Shown here: piece after piece, positions 37,123 through 47,708 of the stretch | Position numbering within the stretch: the stretch's first letter is position 1 | How the letters are laid out: every line of letters begins with the position of its first letter | From: Gemmatimonadota bacterium | GTDB lineage: Bacteria; Gemmatimonadota; Gemmatimonadetes; Gemmatimonadales; GWC2-71-9 | DNA length: 51,971 bases | Assembly: GCA_046729675.1 (NCBI GenBank) | Contig: JBKPGZ010000223.1 | Location: 1-51,971, forward strand | Reading direction: 5' to 3' | Position numbers and translations under genes: made by a program | Notes under the pieces: model-generated | Told to the model about the DNA's origin: nothing | Seen by the model: the letters and a program-made list of their open reading frames with translations, nothing else | Database searches by the model: none

Positions 37123-37881
37123 TCAGCGCCCGAGTACGGCGTCGAGGTGGTGCTCCCGCGGACCGCCGGTCAGCTTGAGGAAGAGGTCCTCGAGGCTCAT
37201 GGCGGCCGACTCGGTCTGCTCCCGCAGCTCGTCCATGGTGCCGCTGGCCGCGATGCGGCCCTTGTACACGATCGCGATCCGGTCGCACATCACCTCGGCC
37301 ACTTCGAGCGTGTGGGTGCTCATCAGCACCGTGCCGCCGCGGTCCACGAACTGGCGGAAGAGATCCTTGAGCAGCCGCGCGCTCTTGGGGTCCAGGCCCA
37401 CCATCGGCTCGTCCACCACGATCAGCTCGGGGCGGTGGACCAGCGCGCCGCAGATGATGAGCTTCTGGCGCATCCCGTGGCTGTACGCTTCGGTGAGCTC
37501 GTGCTTCCAGGGGCCCAGGTCGAAGATCTCCAGCAGCTCGTCGATCCGGCGCTCCACGGCAGGGCCGTCCTGCCCGTAGAGCGCGGCCGCGAAGCGGAGG
37601 AACTCGCCGCCGGTGAGCTTGTCGTAAACGAAGGGGCGGTCGGGGATGAAGCCGAGGCGAGCCTTCGCATCCAGCGGCCGCGCCAGCATGTCCACACCGC
37701 CAACGTGGATGGTGCCGCCCGTCGGCTGCAGGATCCCGGCGATCATGCGCATGGTGGTGGTCTTCCCGGCGCCGTTGGGGCCCAGCAGCCCGAACAGCTC
37801 GCCGCGTGGGACCTCCAGCGAGATCCCGTCCACCGCGGTGAATTTGCCGTAGCGCTTCGTCAGGTTCTGCAGCCGGATCAC
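37123..37881 (-). CDS. ABC transporter ATP-binding protein
   Basis: Walker A GPNGAGKTT, signature-like YSHGMRQKL, Walker B LIVVDEP. GTG 37881-37879 overlaps the TGA of the macro-domain gene. Confidence 0.9.
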   Translation of the reverse strand: MIRLQNLTKRYGKFTAVDGISLEVPRGELFGLLGPNGAGKTTTMRMIAGILQPTGGTIHVGGVDMLARPLDAKARLGFIPDRPFVYDKLTGGEFLRFAAALYGQDGPAVERRIDELLEIFDLGPWKHELTEAYSHGMRQKLIICGALVHRPELIVVDEPMVGLDPKSARLLKDLFRQFVDRGGTVLMSTHTLEVAEVMCDRIAIVYKGRIAASGTMDELREQTESAAMSLEDLFLKLTGGPREHHLDAVLGR

Positions 37882-38375
37882 GCGGACCTCCGTAGAATCG
37901 CCTCCACCGCCACCCGCTCCTCCTCTCGCTCCACCACGATGCACAGCTCGGCCGGGGCCTCGCCCGCCTCGCCCCGGGGGAACGTCTCGACCAGCAACCC
38001 GACCGCCTCCTCCAGGCTGAGCCCGCCCCCGTCCACGCCCACCGGCGGGGCGGCGATCCGTGCCAGTCCCCAGGCTCCGGCCTGTTGCCAGGCAGAAACC
38101 AGGGCCCGACGAATCTTTGCACGGGCGACGGGGGAGGTGGAGTCGCGGATGACCGCGTGGATCACGAATGGTGCCACGAGGTCTCCACCGCCGGTCACGA
38201 CAGCGGCGCCCGCCTCCAGGGGGGAGGACACCCGGCGCTGGGCGATAAAGGCGTCGCCCGCCGCCTGGTCCAGCCGGGTGGCCGCGGCGGCGGCGGGCTC
38301 CAGGGACTCGCCGGCGGGGCGCACCACGGCATCCACCGCCAGCGCGGCGAGGTCCTCCACAGCCACGGTAATCAC
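37878..38375 (-). CDS. macro domain (ADP-ribose binding/processing) protein
   Basis: 165 aa, GTG start. DAVVRPAG ... AVVTGGGDLVAPFVIHAV is a macro-domain pattern. Confidence 0.65.
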   Translation of the reverse strand: MITVAVEDLAALAVDAVVRPAGESLEPAAAAATRLDQAAGDAFIAQRRVSSPLEAGAAVVTGGGDLVAPFVIHAVIRDSTSPVARAKIRRALVSAWQQAGAWGLARIAAPPVGVDGGGLSLEEAVGLLVETFPRGEAGEAPAELCIVVEREEERVAVEAILRRSA

Positions 38376-38481
38376 TGGTCCCCGGGAGAAGTGGTCATGA
38401 GGGCAGGTATATGGTAGAAACAGGCTCGCGAAACAGGAACCCGTTGACCCTCGGCGACAGCTTCGGGTACCTTTCGGGGCT

Positions 38482-41322
<2,841 letters not shown>

Positions 41323-41337
<15 letters not shown>

Positions 41338-41397
41338 ACGGAGTGAAGGGGACCATATCGAGCATGGCCCCCTTCGCTGCGCTCAGGGTGACACTGG
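41323..41397. repeat. inverted pair of REP family 1 units forming a 75-nt hairpin that includes the last codons and stop of uvrA
   Basis: CCAGTGTCACCCTGA (41323-41337) is the exact reverse complement of TCAGGGTGACACTGG (41383-41397). The inner arms acggagtgaagggg / ccccttcgctgcgc pair partially. Confidence 0.7.
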
Positions 41398-41474
41398 GGA
41401 CGGTGGAACTTCGGCGCCCGATACACGTATCCTTCCCCGGCCATGATACCTACACCCTCGACGCGAGTCTCAAC

Positions 41475-43757
41475 GTGAATCGTTTTTCCGCCCTGACGCT
41501 CCTTGCCATCCTGGGATTCGGCATTCCCGCGGCGGCGCAGCAGACCGACCCCTCCCGCCTCACGGTGCAGCGGATCTATGGCTCGCCGGAGTTCTCCGCC
41601 CAGCCGTTCGGTCCCTCGCGCTGGCTCGGGGACGGCAGCGCGTACACCACGGTCGAGCCCGCCGAGGGGAGCGGCCAGGACATCGTCCGCTACGACGTGG
41701 AGTCCGACCGGCGGGAGATCCTGGTGGCGGCCGGCCAAGTGGTACCCGAGGGCGCCGACGCGCCGCTGGACGTCGAGGACTACGCCTGGTCGCCCGACGG
41801 GAAGAAGGCGCTGATCTTCACCAACACCCAGCCGGTCTGGAGGCTCAATACCCGCGGCGATTATTGGGTGCTTGACCGCGAGGGCGGACGACTGCGCAAG
41901 CTGGGCGGCGCCGAGGCGAAGCCGTCCACCCTGATGTTCGCCAAGTTCTCGCCCGACGGCGGTCGGGTCGCCTACGTGCGGGAGAACAACCTCTACGTGG
42001 AGGACCTCGCCAGCGGCGCCATCACTGCGCTCACCACCGACGGCTCCCGCACGCTCATCAACGGCACCTTCGACTGGGTATACGAAGAAGAGTTGATGAA
42101 CTACTACGCCGACGGCTGGCGCTGGAGCCCCGACGGCAGCAGCATCGCGTTCTGGCAGCTCAACGCGGATTCGGTGAAGAACTTTCATCTGATCAACTAC
42201 ACCGATTCGCTCTACTCCAGGGTCATCCCGATCCAGTACCCGAAGGTGGGCGAGACCAACTCGGCCGCCCGGGTCGGCGTCGTCAGTGCCTCCGGCGGTG
42301 CGGTCCGCTGGCTGGAGATCGCGGGCGATCCGCGGGACCATTACATCGCACGGATGGATTGGGCTGCGTCCTCGTCCGAGGTCATTCTCCAGCGGCTCAA
42401 CCGGCTGCAGAATCGCAATGAGGTGATGCTGGGCGATACGAAGACGGGCAAGGTGCGCACCGTCCTCCTGGAGCATGACAGCACTTGGACGGACGTGGTC
42501 GATGATGTCGTCTGGCTGGACGGCGGCAAGAGCTTCACCTGGATGAGCGACCGCGACGGCTGGAACCACGTCTACGTCGTTTCTCGCGACGGGAAGAAGG
42601 TCCGGCTGGTGACCCAAGGTGACTTCGACGTGCTGGAGGTGCAGGGCATCGATCCGAAGAGCGGCTGGCTCTACTACATCGCGTCGCCCGAGAACCCGGT
42701 CCAGCGCTACCTCTTCCGCAGCCGGCTCGACGGCAAGGGGAAGCCGGAGCGCCTGAGCCCGGTGCGCGAGTCGGGCACCCACACCTACGACGTCGCGCCC
42801 AGCTACAAGTACGCCATCGAGACCTACTCCAGCCTGGGCAATCCCCCGATCATCCGTCTGGTCCGGCTCCCGGCGCATCAGTCGATCCGCACCCTGGTGG
42901 ACAACCAGCAGCTCCGGTCACGGGTCAGCGCCCTCCGGCGTGGACCGGTCGAGTGGTTCAGCGTCGAGGCGGAGGACGGATTGAAGATGCCGGGTGTCCT
43001 GATGAAGCCGGCGGACTTCGACTCGACCCGGAAGTACCCCCTGCTGTTCTTCGTCTACGGCGGACCGGGGAAGACCGAGGTGAACGACGTGTGGGGCGGC
43101 TACTGGCTCTGGCACACGATGCTGACCCAGAAGGGCTACCTGGTAGCCATCGTGGACAACCACGGCACGCCGGCCCCGCTCGGGAAGCGCTTCCGCAAGG
43201 CGGTGTACGGTCAGCTCGGCGTAGTGGAGACCCGCGACCAGGCGATCGCCGCGCGGACGCTCGCGGCCCGCACCTACGTCGATCCGGCGCGTGTCGGGAT
43301 CTGGGGCTGGAGCTACGGCGCGTTCATGGCCCTCAACTCCCTCTTCCAGCATCCCGAGCTGTACCGGACCGGTGTCGCGGTCTCGCCGGTGACCCACTGG
43401 GCCCTCTACGACAACGTGTACACCGAGCGGTTCAACGGGCTCATCACCGACAACCGCGAGGGCTACGATCGCGGTTCGCCCATCAGCTACGTGCGGAACT
43501 TCAAGGGCAATCTTCTGCTCATCCACGGAAGCGGGGACGACAACGTCCACTTCCAGAACTCGGAGATGCTGATCAACGCCCTGGTGGCCGCGGGCCGCCC
43601 GTTCGAGATGATGGAGTATCCCAACCGGACCCACTGCATCTGCCAGGGTAAGGGTACCCAGGCTCACCTGTTCGATCTGATGACGCGTTACCTCGACCGC
43701 AATCTGATGGGTGCGCCGTCCCAGCCTGTCCCGGAGCGCGCCGCCACGGGGCCCTGA
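41475..43757 (+). CDS. dipeptidyl-peptidase IV (S9B prolyl oligopeptidase family)
   Basis: GTG 41475 gives signal VNRFSALTLLAILGFGIPAAAQQ. DPP-IV N-terminal beta-propeller sequence (WSPDG repeats). Catalytic GWSYGAF, GSGDDNVHF and ...NRTH. The longer ORF from 41343 runs through the REP hairpin. Confidence 0.85.
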   Translation: MNRFSALTLLAILGFGIPAAAQQTDPSRLTVQRIYGSPEFSAQPFGPSRWLGDGSAYTTVEPAEGSGQDIVRYDVESDRREILVAAGQVVPEGADAPLDVEDYAWSPDGKKALIFTNTQPVWRLNTRGDYWVLDREGGRLRKLGGAEAKPSTLMFAKFSPDGGRVAYVRENNLYVEDLASGAITALTTDGSRTLINGTFDWVYEEELMNYYADGWRWSPDGSSIAFWQLNADSVKNFHLINYTDSLYSRVIPIQYPKVGETNSAARVGVVSASGGAVRWLEIAGDPRDHYIARMDWAASSSEVILQRLNRLQNRNEVMLGDTKTGKVRTVLLEHDSTWTDVVDDVVWLDGGKSFTWMSDRDGWNHVYVVSRDGKKVRLVTQGDFDVLEVQGIDPKSGWLYYIASPENPVQRYLFRSRLDGKGKPERLSPVRESGTHTYDVAPSYKYAIETYSSLGNPPIIRLVRLPAHQSIRTLVDNQQLRSRVSALRRGPVEWFSVEAEDGLKMPGVLMKPADFDSTRKYPLLFFVYGGPGKTEVNDVWGGYWLWHTMLTQKGYLVAIVDNHGTPAPLGKRFRKAVYGQLGVVETRDQAIAARTLAARTYVDPARVGIWGWSYGAFMALNSLFQHPELYRTGVAVSPVTHWALYDNVYTERFNGLITDNREGYDRGSPISYVRNFKGNLLLIHGSGDDNVHFQNSEMLINALVAAGRPFEMMEYPNRTHCICQGKGTQAHLFDLMTRYLDRNLMGAPSQPVPERAATGP

Positions 43758-43782
43758 TTCGCGCATGGCGACCCGGCTGGAC

Positions 43783-43797
43783 GGACCCTAGATTGCA
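43783..43797 (+). promoter_or_regulatory. candidate sigma54-type -24/-12 promoter upstream of the psp-like cluster
   Basis: cGGaccctagaTTGCA: GG (43783-84) and GC (43795-96) have the canonical 12-nt register and a perfect TTGCA -12 box. The -24 box is weak (CGGACC vs TGGCAC). It lies 27 nt upstream of ATG 43824. Confidence 0.3.
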
Positions 43798-43823
43798 AAG
43801 TCCACTCCCGCCCGGAGCCCTCC

Positions 43824-44039
43824 ATGACCTACGAAGACATCGTCGCGCTGCTTGGCTACGCAGGTGGGCATGAACAGAAGGTCCGCATCACCACCACCGA
43901 TCGGACCGAGGTCGTCGGGATCCCCATGAGCGTGGATACCCACGTCACCGCTCACGAGGTGTATTTGCGTCCGGCCGGCAGCGAGGACACCGAGATCGCG
44001 GTCTCCCTCGGCGCGATCGAGGCGGTCGAGCTGGCCTGA
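43824..44039 (+). CDS. small soluble protein, unknown function
   Basis: 71 aa. ATG with GGAG 6-9 nt upstream. Beta-rich sequence MTYEDIVALLGYAGGHEQKVRITTTDRTEVVGIPMSV... Confidence 0.5.
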   Translation: MTYEDIVALLGYAGGHEQKVRITTTDRTEVVGIPMSVDTHVTAHEVYLRPAGSEDTEIAVSLGAIEAVELA

Positions 44040-44107
44040 AACTCGCCCGTTTCTCATTGAAACACTCCCCGGGTCGGCTCCGTAGGGCCCGGCCTGAGGG
44101 AGGCGGA

Positions 44108-44371
44108 ATGGATATGGAAGGAGTCCTGGCAGTCACATTCATCTTCGGGGGAGGCACCGCCTTCCTTCTCGCCATCAGCCCCATCGGCAAGGCCATCGCC
44201 GAGCGGATCAGGGCTCATGGCGCCGTACCTATGCAGGATCCTGAACTCCTTGCGGAGGTGGACGCCCTCCGCCGCGACGTCTCGGAGCTGCAGGAGCGGG
44301 TGGACTTCGCCGAGCGACAGCTGGGGCAGTCGCCGGAGCGGCAGCAGGGAGGCCACGGCGGGGTGGGATGA
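44108..44371 (+). CDS. single-TM coiled-coil mini-protein, paralog 1 (C-terminal ERVDFAERQL motif)
   Basis: ATG 44108 after GAGGGAGG. TM GVLAVTFIFGGGTAFLLAISPIG, KAIAERIR, then ELQERVDFAERQL. 87 aa. Confidence 0.7.
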   Translation: MDMEGVLAVTFIFGGGTAFLLAISPIGKAIAERIRAHGAVPMQDPELLAEVDALRRDVSELQERVDFAERQLGQSPERQQGGHGGVG

Positions 44372-44712
44372 TGCTCCAGGGTGGCCCTCCCCAGATTCCC
44401 ACGCCCCCGTTCGATCCCAACCTCTTCATCATGAACGGCGGCGCGCCTGCGCTGGTGATGATCGTCTTTCTTGCCCTCGCCGCGACCACGCTCATTCTGT
44501 GGCCCGTCATGCGGGCATTCGGACGCCGGCTGGAGGGGAAGGCCCACGACGCGGCGCTGCGAGCCGAGGTGGAGCAGCTCCAGCACCGGCTCGGCGAGGT
44601 GGACCACCTGCAGCAGCGGATCGCGGAGCTGGAGGAGCGAGTGGATTTCGCCGAGCGGATGCTGGCCCGGCCTCCCGCGCCCGCCGTGCTCCCGGGTGAC
44701 CCTCGGCAATGA
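44368..44712 (+). CDS. single-TM coiled-coil mini-protein, paralog 2 (ERVDFAERML motif)
   Basis: ATGA overlap with paralog 1. Pro-rich N-terminus, TM APALVMIVFLALAATTLILWPV, then ELEERVDFAERML. 114 aa. Confidence 0.7.
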   Translation: MMLQGGPPQIPTPPFDPNLFIMNGGAPALVMIVFLALAATTLILWPVMRAFGRRLEGKAHDAALRAEVEQLQHRLGEVDHLQQRIAELEERVDFAERMLARPPAPAVLPGDPRQ

Positions 44713-45047
44713 CCCTGTTCCAGGTCCCGCTCCCGCCGGTGCCCCCGCAGGCACCAGGCACCGAGCTGTCCGTCTCGGGCAGCCTGGAGGACATGGCGGC
44801 CGTCGTGCTCCTGCTGGGCGTGGGCCTGATCCTCGCGACGCTGATCTGGCCCCTGATCAAGGCGATCGCGCGGCGGATCGAGGGTGGATCCGCAGGCGCG
44901 GAGGTCCAGGCGGAGCTGGAGGGCCTGCGCGAAAGGGTACGGCAGCTGGAGGAGATGCAGCCCAGGATGCTGGAGCTGGAGGAACGGGTGGATTTTGCCG
45001 AGCGGATCGTGGCCAAGGGCCGTGAGCCCGACCGGCTCGAGCGATAG
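44709..45047 (+). CDS. single-TM coiled-coil mini-protein, paralog 3 (ERVDFAERIV motif)
   Basis: ATGA overlap with paralog 2. Pro-rich N-terminus, TM MAAVVLLLGVGLILATLIWPLI, KAIARRIEG, then ELEERVDFAERIV. 112 aa. Confidence 0.7.
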   Translation: MTLFQVPLPPVPPQAPGTELSVSGSLEDMAAVVLLLGVGLILATLIWPLIKAIARRIEGGSAGAEVQAELEGLRERVRQLEEMQPRMLELEERVDFAERIVAKGREPDRLER

Positions 45048-45058
45048 GAGGCGAGGCA

Positions 45059-45313
45059 GTGGATCCAGCGCAGATGCTCGTTCTGATCGCCCTTACCGTG
45101 GGCATGGTGAAGTTGCTGACCGGGCCGATCGGCATCGCGATCGGAGACCGGATCCGGGGCGGTCGGCGCGAGGTGCCGAACCAGGAGCTCACGGCGGAGG
45201 TGGACCGGTTGCAGGCGCGGCTGTCGGAGGTGGAGGAGCGGTTAGATTTCGCCGAGCGCATGCTCGCTCGGGGCGGAGCAGCGGACCAGATCCAGGGGAG
45301 CGCCATTCGATGA
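45059..45313 (+). CDS. single-TM coiled-coil mini-protein, paralog 4 (ERLDFAERML motif)
   Basis: GTG 45059, 7 nt after AGGAGG. TM MLVLIALTVGMVKLLTGPIG, IAIGDRIRGG, then EVEERLDFAERML. 84 aa. Confidence 0.65.
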   Translation: MDPAQMLVLIALTVGMVKLLTGPIGIAIGDRIRGGRREVPNQELTAEVDRLQARLSEVEERLDFAERMLARGGAADQIQGSAIR

Positions 45314-45705
45314 TCACCCGGGAAGACATCCTGTCGTTCTTCGACCGGCTCTACGGCGGAACGCTCACCGTCGTGGAGCTGGAGCCGAACATCTGGCTGG
45401 TCCGGACGCCCGAGGACGCCGAGGTCGTCGTGCACTACGCACCGCCGGTGGTGATCCTTCGCGTCCGGGTGATGGAGCTGCCCGCCAGCGAACCCCGCCG
45501 GGGCGAGCTGTTCCGGCAGCTGCTGGAGTACAATGCCCGGGACCTGGTGCACGGCTCGTACGGGCTCGAGGGCGACCACGTGGTGCTGACCGATGCGCTG
45601 GAGCTGGAGAACCTCGACTTCAGCGAGTTCGAGGCAAGCTTCGACTCGCTGACCCTCGCGCTGGCCTCGCACCTTGGATCACTCGCCGCCTTCCGGGAAA
45701 GGTGA
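45310..45705 (+). CDS. YbjN-like / type III secretion chaperone-fold protein
   Basis: ATGA overlap with paralog 4. 131 aa. ILSFFDRLYG...VVELEPNIWLVR...VVILRVRVMEL...LFRQLLEYNARDLVHGSYGLEGDHVVLTDALELENLDFSEFEASFDSL matches the YbjN/CesT-like pattern. Confidence 0.6.
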   Translation: MITREDILSFFDRLYGGTLTVVELEPNIWLVRTPEDAEVVVHYAPPVVILRVRVMELPASEPRRGELFRQLLEYNARDLVHGSYGLEGDHVVLTDALELENLDFSEFEASFDSLTLALASHLGSLAAFRER

Positions 45706-45711
45706 TCATTC

Positions 45712-46482
45712 ATGGGAATCTTTGATCGCTTTTCGACCCTGCTGCGGTCGAACATCAACGACCTCATCTCCCGGGCCGAGAATCCCGAGAAGATGCTCAA
45801 CCAGCTGATCGTGGACATGAAGTCCCAGCTGGCCAAGGCCAAGCAGCAGGTCGCCTCCGCCATCGCCGACGAGAAGAAGCTCCAGGCGGATGCCGAGGCG
45901 ATGAAGAAGCAGGCCGAGGACTGGGAGCGGCGGGCGATGCTGGCGGTGCAGGAGGGCCGCGATGATCTCGCCAAGCAGGCGCTCGGCCGCTACAACGAGC
46001 ATCTGCACGGCGCGCAGCAGCTGCACGAGACTTGGCTCAAGCACAAGGCCGAGACCGAGGCGCTGAAGCTGTCGCTCCGCCAGCTCAACGACAAGATCGA
46101 AGAGGCCAAGCGGAAGAAGAACATCCTGGTGGCTCGGGCCAAGCGGGCCGAGGCGCAGCAGCGTATCCAGGAGACCATGTCCGGGATGTCGGACAAGAGC
46201 GCCTTCGAGTCGTTCGAGCGGATGACGGAGAAGATCGAGGCCAGCGAGCGCAAGGCGCTCGCGGCGGCGGAGATCCAGGAGGAGTTCTCGGGCGACCACC
46301 TCACCCGGCAGTTCGAGGCGCTGGAGTACAAGGGCAGCTCCGACCAGCAGCTGCTCGCGCTCAAGCAGCGCATGGGGCTCCTCCCGGGCGGGCAGGGCGA
46401 GAGCCGGCAGCTCAACCGAGGCTCCTCGGAGGACATTCACGACGCCGAGGTGATCGAGGAGGGCGAGTCGGGGAAGCAATGA
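45712..46482 (+). CDS. pspA: PspA/IM30 (phage shock protein A / Vipp1) family protein
   Basis: 256 aa, ATG verified. MGIFDRFSTLLRSNINDLISRAENPEKMLNQLIVDM..., long coiled coil, ARAKRAEAQQRIQETM and FERMTEKIE are characteristic of PspA. Confidence 0.92.
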   Translation: MGIFDRFSTLLRSNINDLISRAENPEKMLNQLIVDMKSQLAKAKQQVASAIADEKKLQADAEAMKKQAEDWERRAMLAVQEGRDDLAKQALGRYNEHLHGAQQLHETWLKHKAETEALKLSLRQLNDKIEEAKRKKNILVARAKRAEAQQRIQETMSGMSDKSAFESFERMTEKIEASERKALAAAEIQEEFSGDHLTRQFEALEYKGSSDQQLLALKQRMGLLPGGQGESRQLNRGSSEDIHDAEVIEEGESGKQ

Positions 46483-46586
46483 CGGTCGGGCGGTCAGGCG
46501 GTCAGGCGGTCGGACATGAGGGCCCGGGTAACGCCGGGCCCCCTTCATTACTGCCGTACCGCCTGACCGTCCGACCGCCCGACCGC
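46483..46586. repeat. REP-like composite palindrome, family 2, enclosing a GC-rich terminator-like hairpin
   Basis: Starts right after the pspA stop. The left arm cggtcgggcggtcaggcggtcaggcggtcgga faces accgcctgaccgtccgaccgcccgaccgc. The central stem is GGGCCCGG (46520-46527) / CCGGGCCC (46534-46541) with loop gtaacg. Confidence 0.65.
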
Positions 46587-46620
46587 TGTATATTCCCACC
46601 GCCTCTTACCTCCACGGGAC

Positions 46621-47697
46621 ATGGACGAGCCACGTTATCTGATCATCGCCGACGGCGACTTCGGTCCGATGACCTCGAAGACCGCCAACTCCATCATTCG
46701 CTACCACCCCGAACGGACCGTCGCCGTGCTGGACCGGCAGCACGCCGGCCGCACGGTGCAGGATGTGCTGGGGTTCGGGGGCGGCATTCCGGTGGTCGGC
46801 TCGATGCGCGAGGGGCTTGCCCTCGGGCCGTCGGCGGTGCTGATCGGTATCGCCCCCAAGGGCGGTCAGCTGCCCAGCGAGTGGCGCGCGTGGCTGGGCG
46901 AGGCGCTGGACGCCGGCTGTGACATCTGGAACGGTCTGCACACCTTCCTCGCGGATGATCCCACGCTGGCGGCCAGGGCCGGTGCGAAGGGCGGCAGGTT
47001 GCTCGACCTGCGCCGACCGCCGGCGGACCTGCCCATCGCCTCGGGGCTGGCCAAAGAGCTGGACCCGCTGGTCGTGCTGACCGTGGGGACGGATTGCAAC
47101 GTCGGGAAGATGACGGCGCAGCTCCAGTTGACGAAGAGGCTCAACGACCGAGGCATCCGGACCCGGTTCGCCCCTACCGGCCAGACCGGCATCATGATCG
47201 AGGGTTGGGGCATTGCCGTGGATGCGGTGGTGGCGGACTTCATCGCCGGCGCCGCGGAGTGGCTCACGGTGGAGGCGAGCAAGCACGCGGACGTGGTGCT
47301 GGTCGAGGGGCAAGGGAGCATCAACCACCCCGGCTACTCCGGGGTCACCCTGGGGCTGCTCCACGGCTCTTGCCCCGACGCGATGATCCTCTGCCACCAG
47401 AGCACGCGGCAGTACATCGGCGACTACCGCGAGGCGGCGTGGCTCCGGATCCCACCGCTGACGGAGTACATCCGGCTCTACGAGTCCATCGGCGCGGCGG
47501 TGCACCCCACTCGGGTCATCGGGATCTCGCTCAACACGTACGACCTGAGCGACGTGGAGGCTCGGCGGGCCTGCGACCAGGCGCAGCGGGAGACCGGACT
47601 GCCGGCCACGGACCCGGTCCGGTTCGACCCCTCGCCGCTGGTGAACGCGATCGCGGAGGAGCGGGAGCGGTACCTGCGCAGGCGCAAGGCGCAGTAG
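46621..47697 (+). CDS. DUF1611 domain protein (DgcN-like)
   Basis: 358 aa, ATG verified. LIIADGDFGPMTSKTANSIIRY, VGTDCNVGKMT and VEGQGSINHPGYSGVTLGLLHG are typical of DUF1611. Confidence 0.75.
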   Translation: MDEPRYLIIADGDFGPMTSKTANSIIRYHPERTVAVLDRQHAGRTVQDVLGFGGGIPVVGSMREGLALGPSAVLIGIAPKGGQLPSEWRAWLGEALDAGCDIWNGLHTFLADDPTLAARAGAKGGRLLDLRRPPADLPIASGLAKELDPLVVLTVGTDCNVGKMTAQLQLTKRLNDRGIRTRFAPTGQTGIMIEGWGIAVDAVVADFIAGAAEWLTVEASKHADVVLVEGQGSINHPGYSGVTLGLLHGSCPDAMILCHQSTRQYIGDYREAAWLRIPPLTEYIRLYESIGAAVHPTRVIGISLNTYDLSDVEARRACDQAQRETGLPATDPVRFDPSPLVNAIAEERERYLRRRKAQ

Positions 47698-47708
47698 GCA
47701 ACTCACCT

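Noticed and set aside
41343-41474. ATG 41343 as the start of the DPP-IV gene
   Set aside because: The first 44 codons run through the REP hairpin (translation ...APFAALRVTLGT...). GTG 41475 yields a proper signal peptide.
44108-45313. Periodic repeat considered as a CRISPR array or non-coding tandem repeat
   Set aside because: The repeat period is ~260-350 nt. The repeated segment is the coding sequence of a conserved peptide inside four intact overlapping ORFs, each with TM helices. There is no short direct repeat/spacer structure.
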